The notes under the pieces: model-generated
What the model was told of the DNA's origin: nothing
Database searches by the model: none
Seen by the model: only the letters and a program-made list of their open reading frames with translations
From: Gammaproteobacteria bacterium
GTDB lineage: Bacteria > Pseudomonadota > Gammaproteobacteria > HK1
Assembly (NCBI GenBank): GCA_013042035.1
Contig: JABDQX010000462.1
Span: forward strand, 1-29,657
Reading direction: 5' to 3'
DNA length: 29,657 nt
In this document: in pieces, positions 1 to 9,246 of the stretch
Layout: each line of letters starts with the position of its first letter
Numbering within the stretch: position 1 is the first letter of the stretch
Translations under genes and position numbers: made by a program

Positions 1-277
1 ATGAGCTCGATGAATCGATTACGGTAATACTGCCCTTTAGCATATAGCCTGCCGCGGGAACCGGATGGCAATGTTCCGCTAGTATTACTTTCTCACCATC
101 GTTCGGTGTGATCACCAGTTTTTTGACAGTGATTTCAGGTTTGCCATCCGGGTATTGAAAGCTCGCGCCATTCAAACCAACGGAACCTTTTGCTAAGTCG
201 ATTGTGGTAATTCTATCGTCCGCCAGTATATTACTCGTGAGAAAAATCCAACTGGCAAGAATTACAAAACGACGCAT
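1..277 (-). CDS. Hypothetical exported protein, partial (runs off the left edge)
   Basis: Translated by hand because it is absent from the ORF track: ATG at 277 followed by 92 open codons, MRRFVILASWIFLTSNILADDRITTIDLAKGSVGLNGASFQYPDGKPEITVKKLVITPNDGEKVILAEHCHPVPAAGYMLKGSITVIDSSSS. The N-terminus looks like a Sec signal peptide (RR, hydrophobic core, ILA-DD). No resemblance to the NuoG N-terminal 2Fe-2S domain. Confidence 0.6.
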   Translation of the reverse strand, partial: MRRFVILASWIFLTSNILADDRITTIDLAKGSVGLNGASFQYPDGKPEITVKKLVITPNDGEKVILAEHCHPVPAAGYMLKGSITVIDSSSS

Positions 278-319
278 ACTTTATCCAACTAAGAATTAGA
301 GTGAGTTCGTAAATATAAT

Positions 320-1603
320 TTATACCATACAGCGCCCATGCTCGATATGATATTCAAATTCCTCCCGAAATCGCTCAACAAAACTTTGTACTGGCCAAGC
401 CGCGGCATCTCCCAATGCGCAGATGGTCCGCCCTTCGATACTCTTTGCTATATTCGACAGGCGACCCAAATCCTCAGGGCGCCCTTCACCGTGCTCGATA
501 CGGCTTACCATCCGGTACAGCCAACCGGTTCCTTCTCGGCACGGCGTACACTGACCGCAGGATTCGGCGAAATAAAATCGTGATATGCGCTCAAGCGCCT
601 TCACCATGCAGGTGGTCTCATCCATGACAATAACGGCACCGGAGCCCAGCATGGAACCCGCATGGGATAGACTGTCGTAATCCATATTGGTTTCCAGCAT
701 GACATCGCCGCGCAGAACCGGCACCGATGAGCCACCAGGGATGACGGCCTTGAGTTTTCTACCGCCCAACACGCCACCGGCCATCTCCAGAAGTTCCCGA
801 AATGGCGTACCCATGGAGATCTCGTAATTTCCCGGTCGGTTCACGTGCCCGGAAACCGAGAACAGCTTGGTCCCACCCGCGCTTGGGGGATTGCCCAACG
901 TCATGAACCAGTCAGCCCCATTCCTGATAATGGATGGGACAGAAGCAAAGGTTTCCGTGTTGTTGATGGTGGTGGGACGTCCGTAGAGACCGACGTTGGC
1001 GGGGAAGGGTGGCTTGAATCGTGGCAGGCCTTTCTTCCCTTCCAGAGATTCCAGAAGCGCCGTTTCCTCGCCGCAGATATAGGCACCCGCACCCAGATGC
1101 GCATAAAGCTCGAAATCGATTCCGGAGCCGAGAATGTTTTTCCCCAACAGACCGTGCCGATAAGCATCGGACAATGCCTGTTCGAAATGGAGAAAAGGTT
1201 CATCCATGAACTCACCACGCAGATAGTTATATCCCACGGTCGCCCCCATGGCGTATCCGCCGATGGCCATGCCCTCGATCACGGCATGGGGATTGAAGCG
1301 TAAAATGTCACGATCCTTACAGGTGCCGGGTTCACTTTCGTCGGAGTTGCAAACCACATACTTTTGGATGGACTTCTGGCTTGGTAGATGGCGAGGCATG
1401 AAACTCCATTTAAGGCCGGTCAGGAACCCGGCGCCTCCACGTCCGCGCAGACCCGAGCGTTTGACTTCTTCGATCACATCCTCGGGGAGGTGTCGTTCCG
1501 TTAGGATTTTTCGCCATGCCGCGTAGCCACCGACCTTGAGATAATTCTCATAGGTCCACGGTTCTGGAAAATCTCGGGTTGCGAAACAGACTTCGTTGGC
1601 CAT
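320..1603 (-). CDS. nuoF: NADH-quinone oxidoreductase subunit F
   Basis: [19 protein letters not shown] and [13 protein letters not shown] motifs; N3 cluster motif [10 protein letters not shown]...C; position after nuoE. Confidence 0.98.
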   Translation of the reverse strand: MANEVCFATRDFPEPWTYENYLKVGGYAAWRKILTERHLPEDVIEEVKRSGLRGRGGAGFLTGLKWSFMPRHLPSQKSIQKYVVCNSDESEPGTCKDRDILRFNPHAVIEGMAIGGYAMGATVGYNYLRGEFMDEPFLHFEQALSDAYRHGLLGKNILGSGIDFELYAHLGAGAYICGEETALLESLEGKKGLPRFKPPFPANVGLYGRPTTINNTETFASVPSIIRNGADWFMTLGNPPSAGGTKLFSVSGHVNRPGNYEISMGTPFRELLEMAGGVLGGRKLKAVIPGGSSVPVLRGDVMLETNMDYDSLSHAGSMLGSGAVIVMDETTCMVKALERISRFYFAESCGQCTPCREGTGWLYRMVSRIEHGEGRPEDLGRLSNIAKSIEGRTICALGDAAAWPVQSFVERFREEFEYHIEHGRCMV

Positions 1604-1846
1604 CCTACTACCTTAGATTCACAAATATGCCGGATTATACTTTTAACGCCTGTATTTTGAACTTTCGTTAGAACAGGCGATGCTATGCAGTGTGTAACAT
1701 TGCGAATGGTAAGCGTAATTTTTAGCTCCATTCGGTACTACAACTGCTTTTAAAACCAAAAAAGCGACCCGTTCGAAGTATAGAACAGGCAATAACATAC
1801 TATTTTTCCGGGAGGCACTAAGTGGAGATGTTTGCCGTGCGCGGCA

Positions 1847-2335
1847 CTACGCCAGGTTCTCCAGGATCTCATCGATCTTTTCAGGTGTCAGATCCTCATG
1901 GTATTTATGATCCACCATCATCATGGGTGCTCCACAACAGGCCGCCAGACATTCCTCTTCCCGCTTGAGAAAGATTCGTCCATCCAACGTGGTTTCCCCC
2001 GTTTTTACACCGAGCTTCTTTTCCACATGTTCCACAATCTCCTCGGCGCCTCGCAGCAGACATGAAATATTCGTGCACACCGAGACGCTGTGACGACCGA
2101 CCGGTTCGGTTTCCAACATGGAATAGAAACTTGCGACCTCATAGACGGCGATTGGCGGCAGATCCAGATACGCGGCCACCGCGTCCATCGATTCGACGGT
2201 GAGATAGCCGTGATTCTCATGCTGCACTTCTCTGAGCGCGGCAAGAAGCGCGGAGCGCTTTTGCTCCGGTGGATATTTTGCTATCCACCGGTCGATCTCC
2301 GCTTGAGCGTGTTCCGAGAGTATATTTTCTGGCAT
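1847..2335 (-). CDS. nuoE: NADH-quinone oxidoreductase subunit E
   Basis: VASFYSM motif; 2Fe-2S ligands CTNISC and CLAAC; 162 aa. Confidence 0.97.
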   Translation of the reverse strand: MPENILSEHAQAEIDRWIAKYPPEQKRSALLAALREVQHENHGYLTVESMDAVAAYLDLPPIAVYEVASFYSMLETEPVGRHSVSVCTNISCLLRGAEEIVEHVEKKLGVKTGETTLDGRIFLKREEECLAACCGAPMMMVDHKYHEDLTPEKIDEILENLA

Positions 2336-2580
2336 AACGTTTGGGGTTTATAAGGGTGGTTTTATAAGCACAATTGGACTTTATCGGAAATGCTCAGACA
2401 TGCCTTTCAGATCAATCAGGGGCGGACCCACCCCGCTGGATTCCCAATAATGACTATTTAAACACGGATGTTCAAAAAATCGTTTACGGATACCAGTCTG
2501 TATTTAGGATGAGTTCTTTCATGATTATTTTTTCTTACCGGTATTTGCACTTTATCCTTTTTCTGCAAACTCGAAGTATA

Positions 2581-2610
2581 TGCATTCCTACGCAGGGCGT
2601 GGGAGCGAGA
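2581..2610. repeat. REP-like palindrome (TCCYACGC-N3-GCGTGGGA type)
   Basis: TGCATTCCTACGC-AGG-GCGTGGGAGCGAGA forms a stem with one G-T wobble. It resembles the proteobacterial extragenic palindrome family TGCATTCCCACGCAGAGCGTGGGAACGA (family match from recall). Single copy in this window. Confidence 0.6.
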
Positions 2611-2661
2611 AACGGGTTGCATTCAATGGACTTCGTTTACCTATCACCAATCAACCAGACA

Positions 2662-2704
2662 AATCTTTTGCATGAATTGCTCTAGGTAATTCATGCAAAA
2701 GATT
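2662..2704. terminator. 19-bp AT-rich inverted repeat overlapping the nuoD stop
   Basis: AATCTTTTGCATGAATTGC-TCTAG-GTAATTCATGCAAAAGATT, one mismatch. Only a weak U-tract follows on the minus strand, so the terminator role is uncertain. Confidence 0.45.
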
Positions 2705-3956
2705 ATCTATCAACTTCCCCAAACACAATATCCTGGGTTCCGATAATCGCTACTACATCCGCCAGCATATGCCCTCTTACCATCTCATCCATGGCAGCCA
2801 AATGGGCAAAACCCGGCGCGCGGATCTTTAAACGATAAGGTTTGTTAGCGCCATCGGAGATCATATAGATCCCAAACTCTCCCTTGGGTGCCTCGACGGC
2901 GGCGTAGACCTCGCCTTCGGGGATGCAGTAGCCCTCGGTGGCGAGTTTGAAGTGGTGGATCAACCCCTCCATCTCTCCCTTCATCTGTTGGCGTTTGGGT
3001 GAGGCAATCTTGTTGTTTTCGAGGATAACGGGGCCGGGGTTGGCCCGCAGCCAGTCGATACATTGTTTGATGATGCGATTGGATTGCCGGAATTCTTCGA
3101 TACGGACAAGATAACGATCATAACTGTCGCCGGTGGCGCCGACAGGAATATCGAAATCCATTTTGTCGTAAACTGCATAGGGCTGTTTTTTGCGCAGATC
3201 CCAGGCAATTCCGGATCCCCGCAGCATGGGGCCGGAGAATCCCAGTTGCAGTGCCCGCTCCGGTGTCACGATACCGATGTCTACCGTGCGCTGTTTCCAG
3301 ATGCGGTTGTCGGTCAGCAATGTCTCGTATTCGTCCACGCATCCCGGGAACCGCGCCGTGAAATCTTCGACGAAGTCGAGCAGCGTCCCTTCCCGCGCAC
3401 GATTCAATTGTTTTAGCTTCGCCCCTTTTCTCCAACGGGAAGCATCGTATTGGGGCATGCTGTCGGGTAGATCCCGGTAGACGCCGCCGGGGCGATAGTA
3501 GGTGGCATGCATCCTGGTGCCGGATACCGCTTCGTATACATCCATGAGATCTTCGCGCTCACGGAAGGCATAGAGAAACATCGACATGGCCCCGATATCC
3601 AGGGCATGGGCGCCGATCCACATAAGATGATTTAGAATTCGAGTGATCTCGTCGAACATCACGCGAATATATTGCGCCCGAATCGGCACCTCTATCCCGA
3701 GTAACCGTTCGATGGCCGACACATAGGCATGCTCATTGCACATCATGGACACGTAATCGAGCCGGTCCATGTAGCCAATGCTTTGGTTGTATGGCTTGTT
3801 CTCGGCGAGCTTTTCCGTGGCGCGATGCAAAAGACCAATGTGGGGGTCGGCACGCACGATGACCTCGCCGTCAAGCTCAAGGACCAAGCGCAAGACGCCG
3901 TGAGCCGCTGGGTGTTGAGGCCCAAAATTCAGCGTAAAGTTATGGATTTCCGGCAT
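2703..3956 (-). CDS. nuoD: NADH-quinone oxidoreductase subunit D
   Basis: [28 protein letters not shown] and C-terminal DIVFGEVDR. Start moved to MPEIHNF (3956), giving 417 aa. Confidence 0.98.
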   Translation of the reverse strand: MPEIHNFTLNFGPQHPAAHGVLRLVLELDGEVIVRADPHIGLLHRATEKLAENKPYNQSIGYMDRLDYVSMMCNEHAYVSAIERLLGIEVPIRAQYIRVMFDEITRILNHLMWIGAHALDIGAMSMFLYAFREREDLMDVYEAVSGTRMHATYYRPGGVYRDLPDSMPQYDASRWRKGAKLKQLNRAREGTLLDFVEDFTARFPGCVDEYETLLTDNRIWKQRTVDIGIVTPERALQLGFSGPMLRGSGIAWDLRKKQPYAVYDKMDFDIPVGATGDSYDRYLVRIEEFRQSNRIIKQCIDWLRANPGPVILENNKIASPKRQQMKGEMEGLIHHFKLATEGYCIPEGEVYAAVEAPKGEFGIYMISDGANKPYRLKIRAPGFAHLAAMDEMVRGHMLADVVAIIGTQDIVFGEVDR

Positions 3957-4016
3957 CGTTATCTCTGGTGCTGCGCACGGCAACTTTGTTGGCCATAGAT
4001 TTTTTATAACTTTCCA

Positions 4017-4032
4017 CCCCGCGCAGCGGGGC
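4017..4032. repeat. Short GC-rich hairpin with a GNA triloop in the nuoC-nuoD spacer
   Basis: CCCCGC-GCA-GCGGGG(C); near-identical to CCTCGC-GAA-GCGGGGC at 9209-9224. Confidence 0.45.
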
Positions 4033-4103
4033 CATGTAATTTTTACTAGCCGCTTTGTGTAGCAATCGGATGAACCAGTGCCCTTAAGGCAGTCAATGAA
4101 AAA

Positions 4104-4790
4104 TCACCGTATTACCCGTGGTACCAGTGTCCTTGGCTTTATGGATACCGGTTCATACGTTACCCGTTTTTTCTCCGGATCGTATCGCGTCTCCATTGTG
4201 CCCGTGAGAGGAAAGTCTTTACGCAGTGGATATCCGATGAACCCGTAGTCTGTCAGGATGCGTCGCAAATCAGGATGTCCTTCGAACAGGATGCCAAAGA
4301 GATCGAATGCTTCGCGCTCGAACCAGTTGGCCGAATTCCAGATCTCTACGACTGAACCGAGTCTGGGCGGATCGCTTTGCGCATAGGTTCGTACCCGCAG
4401 GCGCTGATTATTCGAATGAGAAAGCAAATGGTAGACCACGGCAAACCGTTCTCTGGACGGCATGTCGATATTCCTTGCCGATGTGTTGGCCAACGTACTG
4501 GAAGTAATGCCTCGGGAAAAACTACCGGAACCCGTATCGGTATCCCAATTAGTGATGCCGTATTGGGCGTAGTCGACACCGCACAGATCCACTAACTGTT
4601 CGAACTCGAATGCCGATTCATCCCGCAATGCACGGCACACCGTGAGAAGATGTCGGGCTGGAATTTCCAGGGTCACATCGCCTATGGAAACATCACAGGA
4701 AACCAACTCGTCGGCAAAACGCTTCTTTAATGAATCCACCAAATTCCCGGACAGGGAATCTTGGATGTTTTTATTATTGGGGGTTTCCAT
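4104..4790 (-). CDS. nuoC: NADH-quinone oxidoreductase subunit C
   Basis: [27 protein letters not shown] and PLRKDFPL motifs. Confidence 0.98.
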   Translation of the reverse strand: METPNNKNIQDSLSGNLVDSLKKRFADELVSCDVSIGDVTLEIPARHLLTVCRALRDESAFEFEQLVDLCGVDYAQYGITNWDTDTGSGSFSRGITSSTLANTSARNIDMPSRERFAVVYHLLSHSNNQRLRVRTYAQSDPPRLGSVVEIWNSANWFEREAFDLFGILFEGHPDLRRILTDYGFIGYPLRKDFPLTGTMETRYDPEKKRVTYEPVSIKPRTLVPRVIR

Positions 4791-4826
4791 GTGATTTTCG
4801 ATTTTAGCCTGCCTGTCACGATGAGA

Positions 4827-5330
4827 TCACGTGACCAGAACTTTTCCCGCATCTTTTCGGGCAATTGTGTTGGTACGCCTGATCTTTTCCTGAAGTTGAA
4901 GTATGCCGTAGAGCAAGGCTTCCGCCGTAGGGGGACAACCTGGTATGTAGATATCCACTGGAACGATACGATCACAGCCCCGAACGACGGAATAGGCGTA
5001 ATGATAATAGCCACCACCATTGGCGCATGAACCCATGGAAATGACCCATCGAGGCTCCGCCATTTGGTCGTAGACCTTACGCAAGGCAGGCGCCATTTTA
5101 TTAACCAATGTCCCGGCGACGATCATGACATCCGATTGTCGGGGGCTTGGACGGAAAATGATGCCGAATCGGTCCAAATCATAGCGGGCCGCACCGGCGT
5201 GCATCATTTCCACCGCGCAGCAGGCAAGACCGAATGTCATTGGCCACAGAGAGCCGGTCCGCGCCCAGTTGATGAGTTGGTCCGCGGTTGTGGTTACGAC
5301 GCTTTCCCGCAGGATGCCTTCTATTCCCAT
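4827..5330 (-). CDS. nuoB: NADH-quinone oxidoreductase subunit B
   Basis: [14 protein letters not shown] and PGCPP motifs for cluster N2. Start moved to MGIEG (5330), which overlaps the nuoA stop. Confidence 0.98.
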   Translation of the reverse strand: MGIEGILRESVVTTTADQLINWARTGSLWPMTFGLACCAVEMMHAGAARYDLDRFGIIFRPSPRQSDVMIVAGTLVNKMAPALRKVYDQMAEPRWVISMGSCANGGGYYHYAYSVVRGCDRIVPVDIYIPGCPPTAEALLYGILQLQEKIRRTNTIARKDAGKVLVT

Positions 5331-5677
5331 TCTAAAGCTCCCTTCTTCCACTCATAAATGAAGCCGACTACCAGTATTCCGAGGAATATAACCATTGCCC
5401 AAAATCCGATCATGCCGATTTGCTTCAAAACCACCGCCCACGGGAATAAAAAGGCAATCTCAAGATCGAAAATAATGAACAAGATTGCAACCAGATAGTA
5501 GCGAACATCGAATTTCATACGGGAATCTTCGAATGCCTCGAATCCACACTCGTAAGGGGAGAGCTTTTCTTCATCCGGACGATGCGGCGCTAAAATGTTA
5601 TTTATCGAGATCAGCACCACACCTAATCCAAACCCGACTAAAATGAAGATCAAGACGGGTAGGTAGCTAGTTAACAT
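5321..5677 (-). CDS. nuoA: NADH-quinone oxidoreductase subunit A
   Basis: YECGF, FIIFDLE and [11 protein letters not shown] motifs; 118 aa with three hydrophobic segments. Confidence 0.98.
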   Translation of the reverse strand: MLTSYLPVLIFILVGFGLGVVLISINNILAPHRPDEEKLSPYECGFEAFEDSRMKFDVRYYLVAILFIIFDLEIAFLFPWAVVLKQIGMIGFWAMVIFLGILVVGFIYEWKKGALEWE

Positions 5678-5808
5678 TCGAATTTCCCCCCGTGTACAAC
5701 TTTCTCGTGTAACCTGCCGATTTTCCGCGAATGCAATCTTTCAACAGGACTTGTTAAGCTTTTAAGCAACTAACGGTTTGGATAAAGTTGCACACGGAAT
5801 GCATCTCG

Positions 5809-7770
5809 TCATTGAGTTGGTTGATTACGCGCTGGTTGACCGTAGTAGTTCGGTTGACCGTAGTATGGATATGGCTGGGATTGTTGTGGGTAACCATATC
5901 CGGCTGCCGGAGCGCGGTAATAGGGATACTGTGGTTGTGGCGGGCGTGGTGCCGCCGCCCGGCTGGTTTGTTTCTTTTTCGCTGCTTTGGTGGATTCCTT
6001 ACCCGTTGCGGAATCTGTTGCAGAGGCACTTTTCTTTTGGCCGGCTGTTTCAGCGTCCGGCTTTTGTGTGGGAGATCCCTGTGCGGTTTCGGGCTCTTTC
6101 TTCTGATCTTTTGCCTTCCGGGATTGTGCCACGGCCGATGGGGTGCTATTCGTGTCGATTGGCGCCTGCGTACCGGTGGCCTGTGCCGGTTTCGATGCCG
6201 TTGTGTCAGGAGTTGGCGGTACGGCAGTGGGACTCGATTGAATAACCGCCGAGGTTTTTTCTTCGATGTTTGTCACGGCCTTCCGGTGCGTACCTTCTGC
6301 TTCATGACTTTCGGCTATTTTAGGTGTTTTTATATCGGTTGTCGGGGCTGTCGGAGCGGGGCGAGAAGTCGTCGATGTGGTTTTGCTGTTTGCTACGGTA
6401 GTACGCTTGTCCGATTGGGTCGGCGTTGCCTTGGCGGGAATCGCTGAAGATTTCGCAGGCTTCTTGATTTCGGCGGATGTTATGGGTGCTTGTTGTGATC
6501 CACTTGGATTTTCATTTCTCTTGGGTTCTTCAAACCATAAAAAAACCACGGCGCTGATTAGGATGATAGAACCTAGCCAAAACAGCCCTCCCTTGACATC
6601 CAGGCTCCCTCCCAATTTTTCCTTCATTGATATCGCATTCGGTGCTGTGTGCGTGCTATGTGTATTGTTTGCGGACATCGAACCCATATCCTCCGTTTTA
6701 GCTGGTATGTGTTTGCTCGGACGTTCTTCCTCGTTTTTCTTTGATTTAGAGCTGGAAACCGATGGAAGATAATCATGATCTTGCGCAGTAGGTTTTGATT
6801 GTGATGAGCTTGGTGTTTGCGAATTCGGTGTTGCCACTGCTCCAGGTTGTATTTGTTCTTCCTGATGTTCCTCTACATCTTCTTTTGGTGCCGAGGTGAA
6901 AGCCGATGGAAGAAAGTCGTAGTTTTGTGAAGTGGATTCCGATAGCGATGGCTGTAATGTTTGCGAACCCGGTGTCGCTACCACTTCAGGTTGCATTTGT
7001 TCTTCCTGATGTTCCTCTACATCTTCTTCTGCTGCCGAGGTAAAAACCGATGGAAGGAAATCATAGTTTTGTGGAGTAGCCCTTGATGTCGATGATTTGA
7101 ATAGTATTCGCGGATCTATTGCCGTCGTCGCTTTAGTTTGTATTTGCTCTTCCTGATGTTCTTCCTCGTGTTCTTTTGGTGTCGAGGTGGAAACTGGTGG
7201 AAGGGAATCATGGTATTGCGCGGTAGACTCCGAGGCAGCAGGCTCTGACGATTCTGGTTCTAGCGCTTGTGAATCCACCGCTTCCAGTATTTCAGACGAT
7301 ATTTGCTTTTCCTGATTTTTCCTCGCTGCCGAGGTAAAGATCGAGGGAAGGAAATCATAGTTTTCCTGAGCGGGCTTTGATGGTTCTAGTATTTCTTCAT
7401 CCGGTGCCACCACCGTTTCAATTTGTATCTGTTCTGCCTGAAGCTCCTCGGAATTTTCCTCTGTTGTCGAGGCAGGAGCTGATAAAGGAATATCATCGCT
7501 TTGTGAAGCAGGCTTGGATGGTGACGGCTTTAGTGTCTGCGGAACGGCTGCTTCCGCCGCAGTTTCCTGTTTCGTTGCAACCGTTTTTTTGGCTTTGGCC
7601 TTTTTCTTCGCCGTGGCTTTTTTTGGAGGCGCCACTTTTTTCTTGGCCGTAACCTTTTTCTTCCCTGTATTTTGCTTTTTTTCTATATCCGGCTGCTCTA
7701 CCGCCTTCTTCTCCGTCTCCGGCTTTTCTGCATCCGGTCGTATGTCATCTCGATCGTCTACATTTGCCAT
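5809..7770 (-). CDS. Hypothetical single-pass membrane protein with Lys/Ala-rich N-terminus, five acidic ~48-aa repeats, Pro/Thr/Ala-rich linker and Tyr/Pro/Gln/Gly-rich tail
   Basis: 653-aa ORF with RBS AGAGGTG upstream of the ATG; one hydrophobic helix LFWLGSIILISAVVFLWF; the repeats stay in frame. Confidence 0.85.
   Translation of the reverse strand: MANVDDRDDIRPDAEKPETEKKAVEQPDIEKKQNTGKKKVTAKKKVAPPKKATAKKKAKAKKTVATKQETAAEAAVPQTLKPSPSKPASQSDDIPLSAPASTTEENSEELQAEQIQIETVVAPDEEILEPSKPAQENYDFLPSIFTSAARKNQEKQISSEILEAVDSQALEPESSEPAASESTAQYHDSLPPVSTSTPKEHEEEHQEEQIQTKATTAIDPRILFKSSTSRATPQNYDFLPSVFTSAAEEDVEEHQEEQMQPEVVATPGSQTLQPSLSESTSQNYDFLPSAFTSAPKEDVEEHQEEQIQPGAVATPNSQTPSSSQSKPTAQDHDYLPSVSSSKSKKNEEERPSKHIPAKTEDMGSMSANNTHSTHTAPNAISMKEKLGGSLDVKGGLFWLGSIILISAVVFLWFEEPKRNENPSGSQQAPITSAEIKKPAKSSAIPAKATPTQSDKRTTVANSKTTSTTSRPAPTAPTTDIKTPKIAESHEAEGTHRKAVTNIEEKTSAVIQSSPTAVPPTPDTTASKPAQATGTQAPIDTNSTPSAVAQSRKAKDQKKEPETAQGSPTQKPDAETAGQKKSASATDSATGKESTKAAKKKQTSRAAAPRPPQPQYPYYRAPAAGYGYPQQSQPYPYYGQPNYYGQPARNQPTQ
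6740..7370 (-). repeat. Intragenic degenerate tandem repeat, 5 units, period 144-147 bp
   Basis: Anchor GRTGGAAG-like motif at 6761, 6905, 7049, 7196 and 7343 (spacings 144, 144, 147, 147). Protein unit approximates Q[NYD]YDFLPS.[FS]TS.....EEHQEEQIQ. Confidence 0.9.
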
Positions 7771-7948
7771 TGATATTCACCTCTTAGCGTGTAAATTCAG
7801 GCCGAGTCGCGATTTTGGTAGTTGGACGGTAGCGCTTGCAACCGAGTCATAATGCTATGTTATTTGCTGAGAGATCAGAGATTCTTGATCCCGATGCGCT
7901 ATCTTGGTGCACAATTCGATAGGCATAATCTCTAAATTAAATCATGAA

Positions 7949-8554
7949 TTACTGATGTTCGCCACACCTATTTTGTGGCAATGGGGGTTCATGGCCCAGT
8001 GCTTCTTTGGTTTTTTTCGCCCATTCAATAAGATAGATAGTTCCACTAAGTAGTGTTGTTATAAAGACCAATATTACCAGAATGGTTTCCAGTCCGGACC
8101 ATGGAATGCCTGTCCCCTGAAAGAACATGACAGCCAACGCGAGCAATATTTGGGCTACTGTATTGATTTTACTAAATAAGTTCGGATGTACTTCCAGTCG
8201 TTGCGTTAAAGCCTGATAGGCTGCCGCCCAACCTACGATGATGGCATCGCGTAAAATAATCAATCCTACTAACCATAGGGGGATGAGCGACAACCAGCCG
8301 AGTGTAATGAACGTCGCTAGAAGGAGCGTTTTATCCGCTAGCGGATCCAATACGCTGCCCAAGCGGGTTTTCCACCCATAGCGTTTTGCCAGAAAACCAT
8401 CTACGCCATCGGAAAGCCCGGCGATGAAAAAGATTCCCAGCGCCAACAAATACTCGTCGAAGATAAGGAGAAGTACGACCGGTGGTGTTAGCAGGACCCG
8501 AAGTCCTGTGATTAAGTTTGGAATGTGATGTTTGTCCACAATCGAATACTGCAA
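7949..8554 (-). CDS. CDP-alcohol phosphatidyltransferase family protein (PgsA-like)
   Basis: IPNLITGLR and the signature SDGVDGFLAK...GSVLDPLADK (DxxDGxxAR-like...GxxLDxxxD); several TM helices. True start may be GTG at 8539. Confidence 0.92.
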   Translation of the reverse strand: MQYSIVDKHHIPNLITGLRVLLTPPVVLLLIFDEYLLALGIFFIAGLSDGVDGFLAKRYGWKTRLGSVLDPLADKTLLLATFITLGWLSLIPLWLVGLIILRDAIIVGWAAAYQALTQRLEVHPNLFSKINTVAQILLALAVMFFQGTGIPWSGLETILVILVFITTLLSGTIYLIEWAKKTKEALGHEPPLPQNRCGEHQ

Positions 8555-8616
8555 TCAGGCTGTTGAGTTGATAAATTAAAGTCCACGAGCGCCTTATGTA
8601 AAGCGCCGAATTGCGG

Positions 8617-8646
8617 TTGCATGTTTGGATACTTGTTTGGTATAAG
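8617..8646 (+). promoter_or_regulatory. Candidate sigma70 promoter for rpmBG
   Basis: TTGCAT (8617-8622), 18-nt spacer, TG-N extended -10 TATAAG (8641-8646), about 90 nt upstream of rpmB. Confidence 0.45.
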
Positions 8647-8737
8647 ATGCGTCTTTTTTATTTCATGAATCACATGGGGCGAAACTGCTCAGCGGGTTTT
8701 ACCGTTCCCACGTGGACAACTTAGGATAATCGGAAAA

Positions 8738-8974
8738 ATGGCTCGAGTCTGTCAGATTACCGGAAAGCGTCCCGCGACCGGAAACAACGTATCTCACGCT
8801 AACAATAAGACGCGGCGTAGGTATTTGCCAAATTTGCATACTCATCGGTTTTGGGTGGATAGCGAAAATCGGTGGGTAAAGCTTCGCATATCGACCAAAG
8901 GTTTGCGGATTATAGATAAGAAAGGTATCGACACGGTGCTTAGAGAGTTGCGTGAGCGTGGAGTAAAGGTCTAA
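8738..8974 (+). CDS. rpmB: 50S ribosomal protein L28
   Basis: [30 protein letters not shown]; 78 aa. Confidence 0.98.
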   Translation: MARVCQITGKRPATGNNVSHANNKTRRRYLPNLHTHRFWVDSENRWVKLRISTKGLRIIDKKGIDTVLRELRERGVKV

Positions 8975-9141
8975 TGGCTAACAAAACACGAGATAAAATC
9001 AGGTTGGTTTCCAGTGCCGGAACCGGGCATTTTTATACAACGACCAAGAACAAAAAGACGACACCAGGGAAAATGGAAATCAAAAAGTTTGATCCTGTGC
9101 TTAGGAAGCATGTTTTGTATAAAGAAGCAAAAATTAAGTGA
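8974..9141 (+). CDS. rpmG: 50S ribosomal protein L33 (Cys-free form)
   Basis: Translated by hand: [55 protein letters not shown] (55 aa). TAATG overlap with rpmB. Confidence 0.97.
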   Translation: MANKTRDKIRLVSSAGTGHFYTTTKNKKTTPGKMEIKKFDPVLRKHVLYKEAKIK

Positions 9142-9193
9142 TTGAGGAGCATTCCGAAATCCTACCTACCTTGTTTGTCCGTACAATCCGTTT

Positions 9194-9233
9194 GCCGTAA
9201 CCTATTCGCCTCGCGAAGCGGGGCTTATACGGC
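9194..9233. terminator. Hairpin between convergent rpmG and yfgM
   Basis: Inner stem GCCTCGC-GAA-GCGGGGC (9208-9224) enclosed by GCCGTA/TACGGC. No strong U-tract. Confidence 0.45.
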
Positions 9234-9246
9234 GCTCTTCGCGAAG

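Noticed and set aside
338-1526. Plus-strand ORFs overlapping nuoF
   Set aside because: Antisense shadows of a highly conserved gene.
1669-1790. 10-bp direct repeat TAGAACAGGC (1669 and 1781) as a possible target-site duplication
   Set aside because: The enclosed 102 bp has no terminal inverted repeats or coding remnant; one 10-mer pair is weak evidence.
2374-2685. 103-aa plus-strand ORF in the nuoD-nuoE spacer
   Set aside because: Antisense to the operon, no clear RBS, runs through two palindromes and has no protein-like motif.
5754-6772. Plus-strand ORFs of 131-219 aa (5778, 5788, 6377) and a minus-strand ORF at 5754
   Set aside because: Shadows of the low-complexity 653-aa gene; biased Arg/Cys/Phe composition and no recognisable motif.
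6740-7370. Regularly spaced repeats as a possible CRISPR array for the Cas6-like gene
   Set aside because: The period is 144-147 bp (multiples of 3), the units are degenerate along their whole length and they lie in frame in a CDS. There is no constant repeat with unique spacers. No array was seen anywhere in the window.
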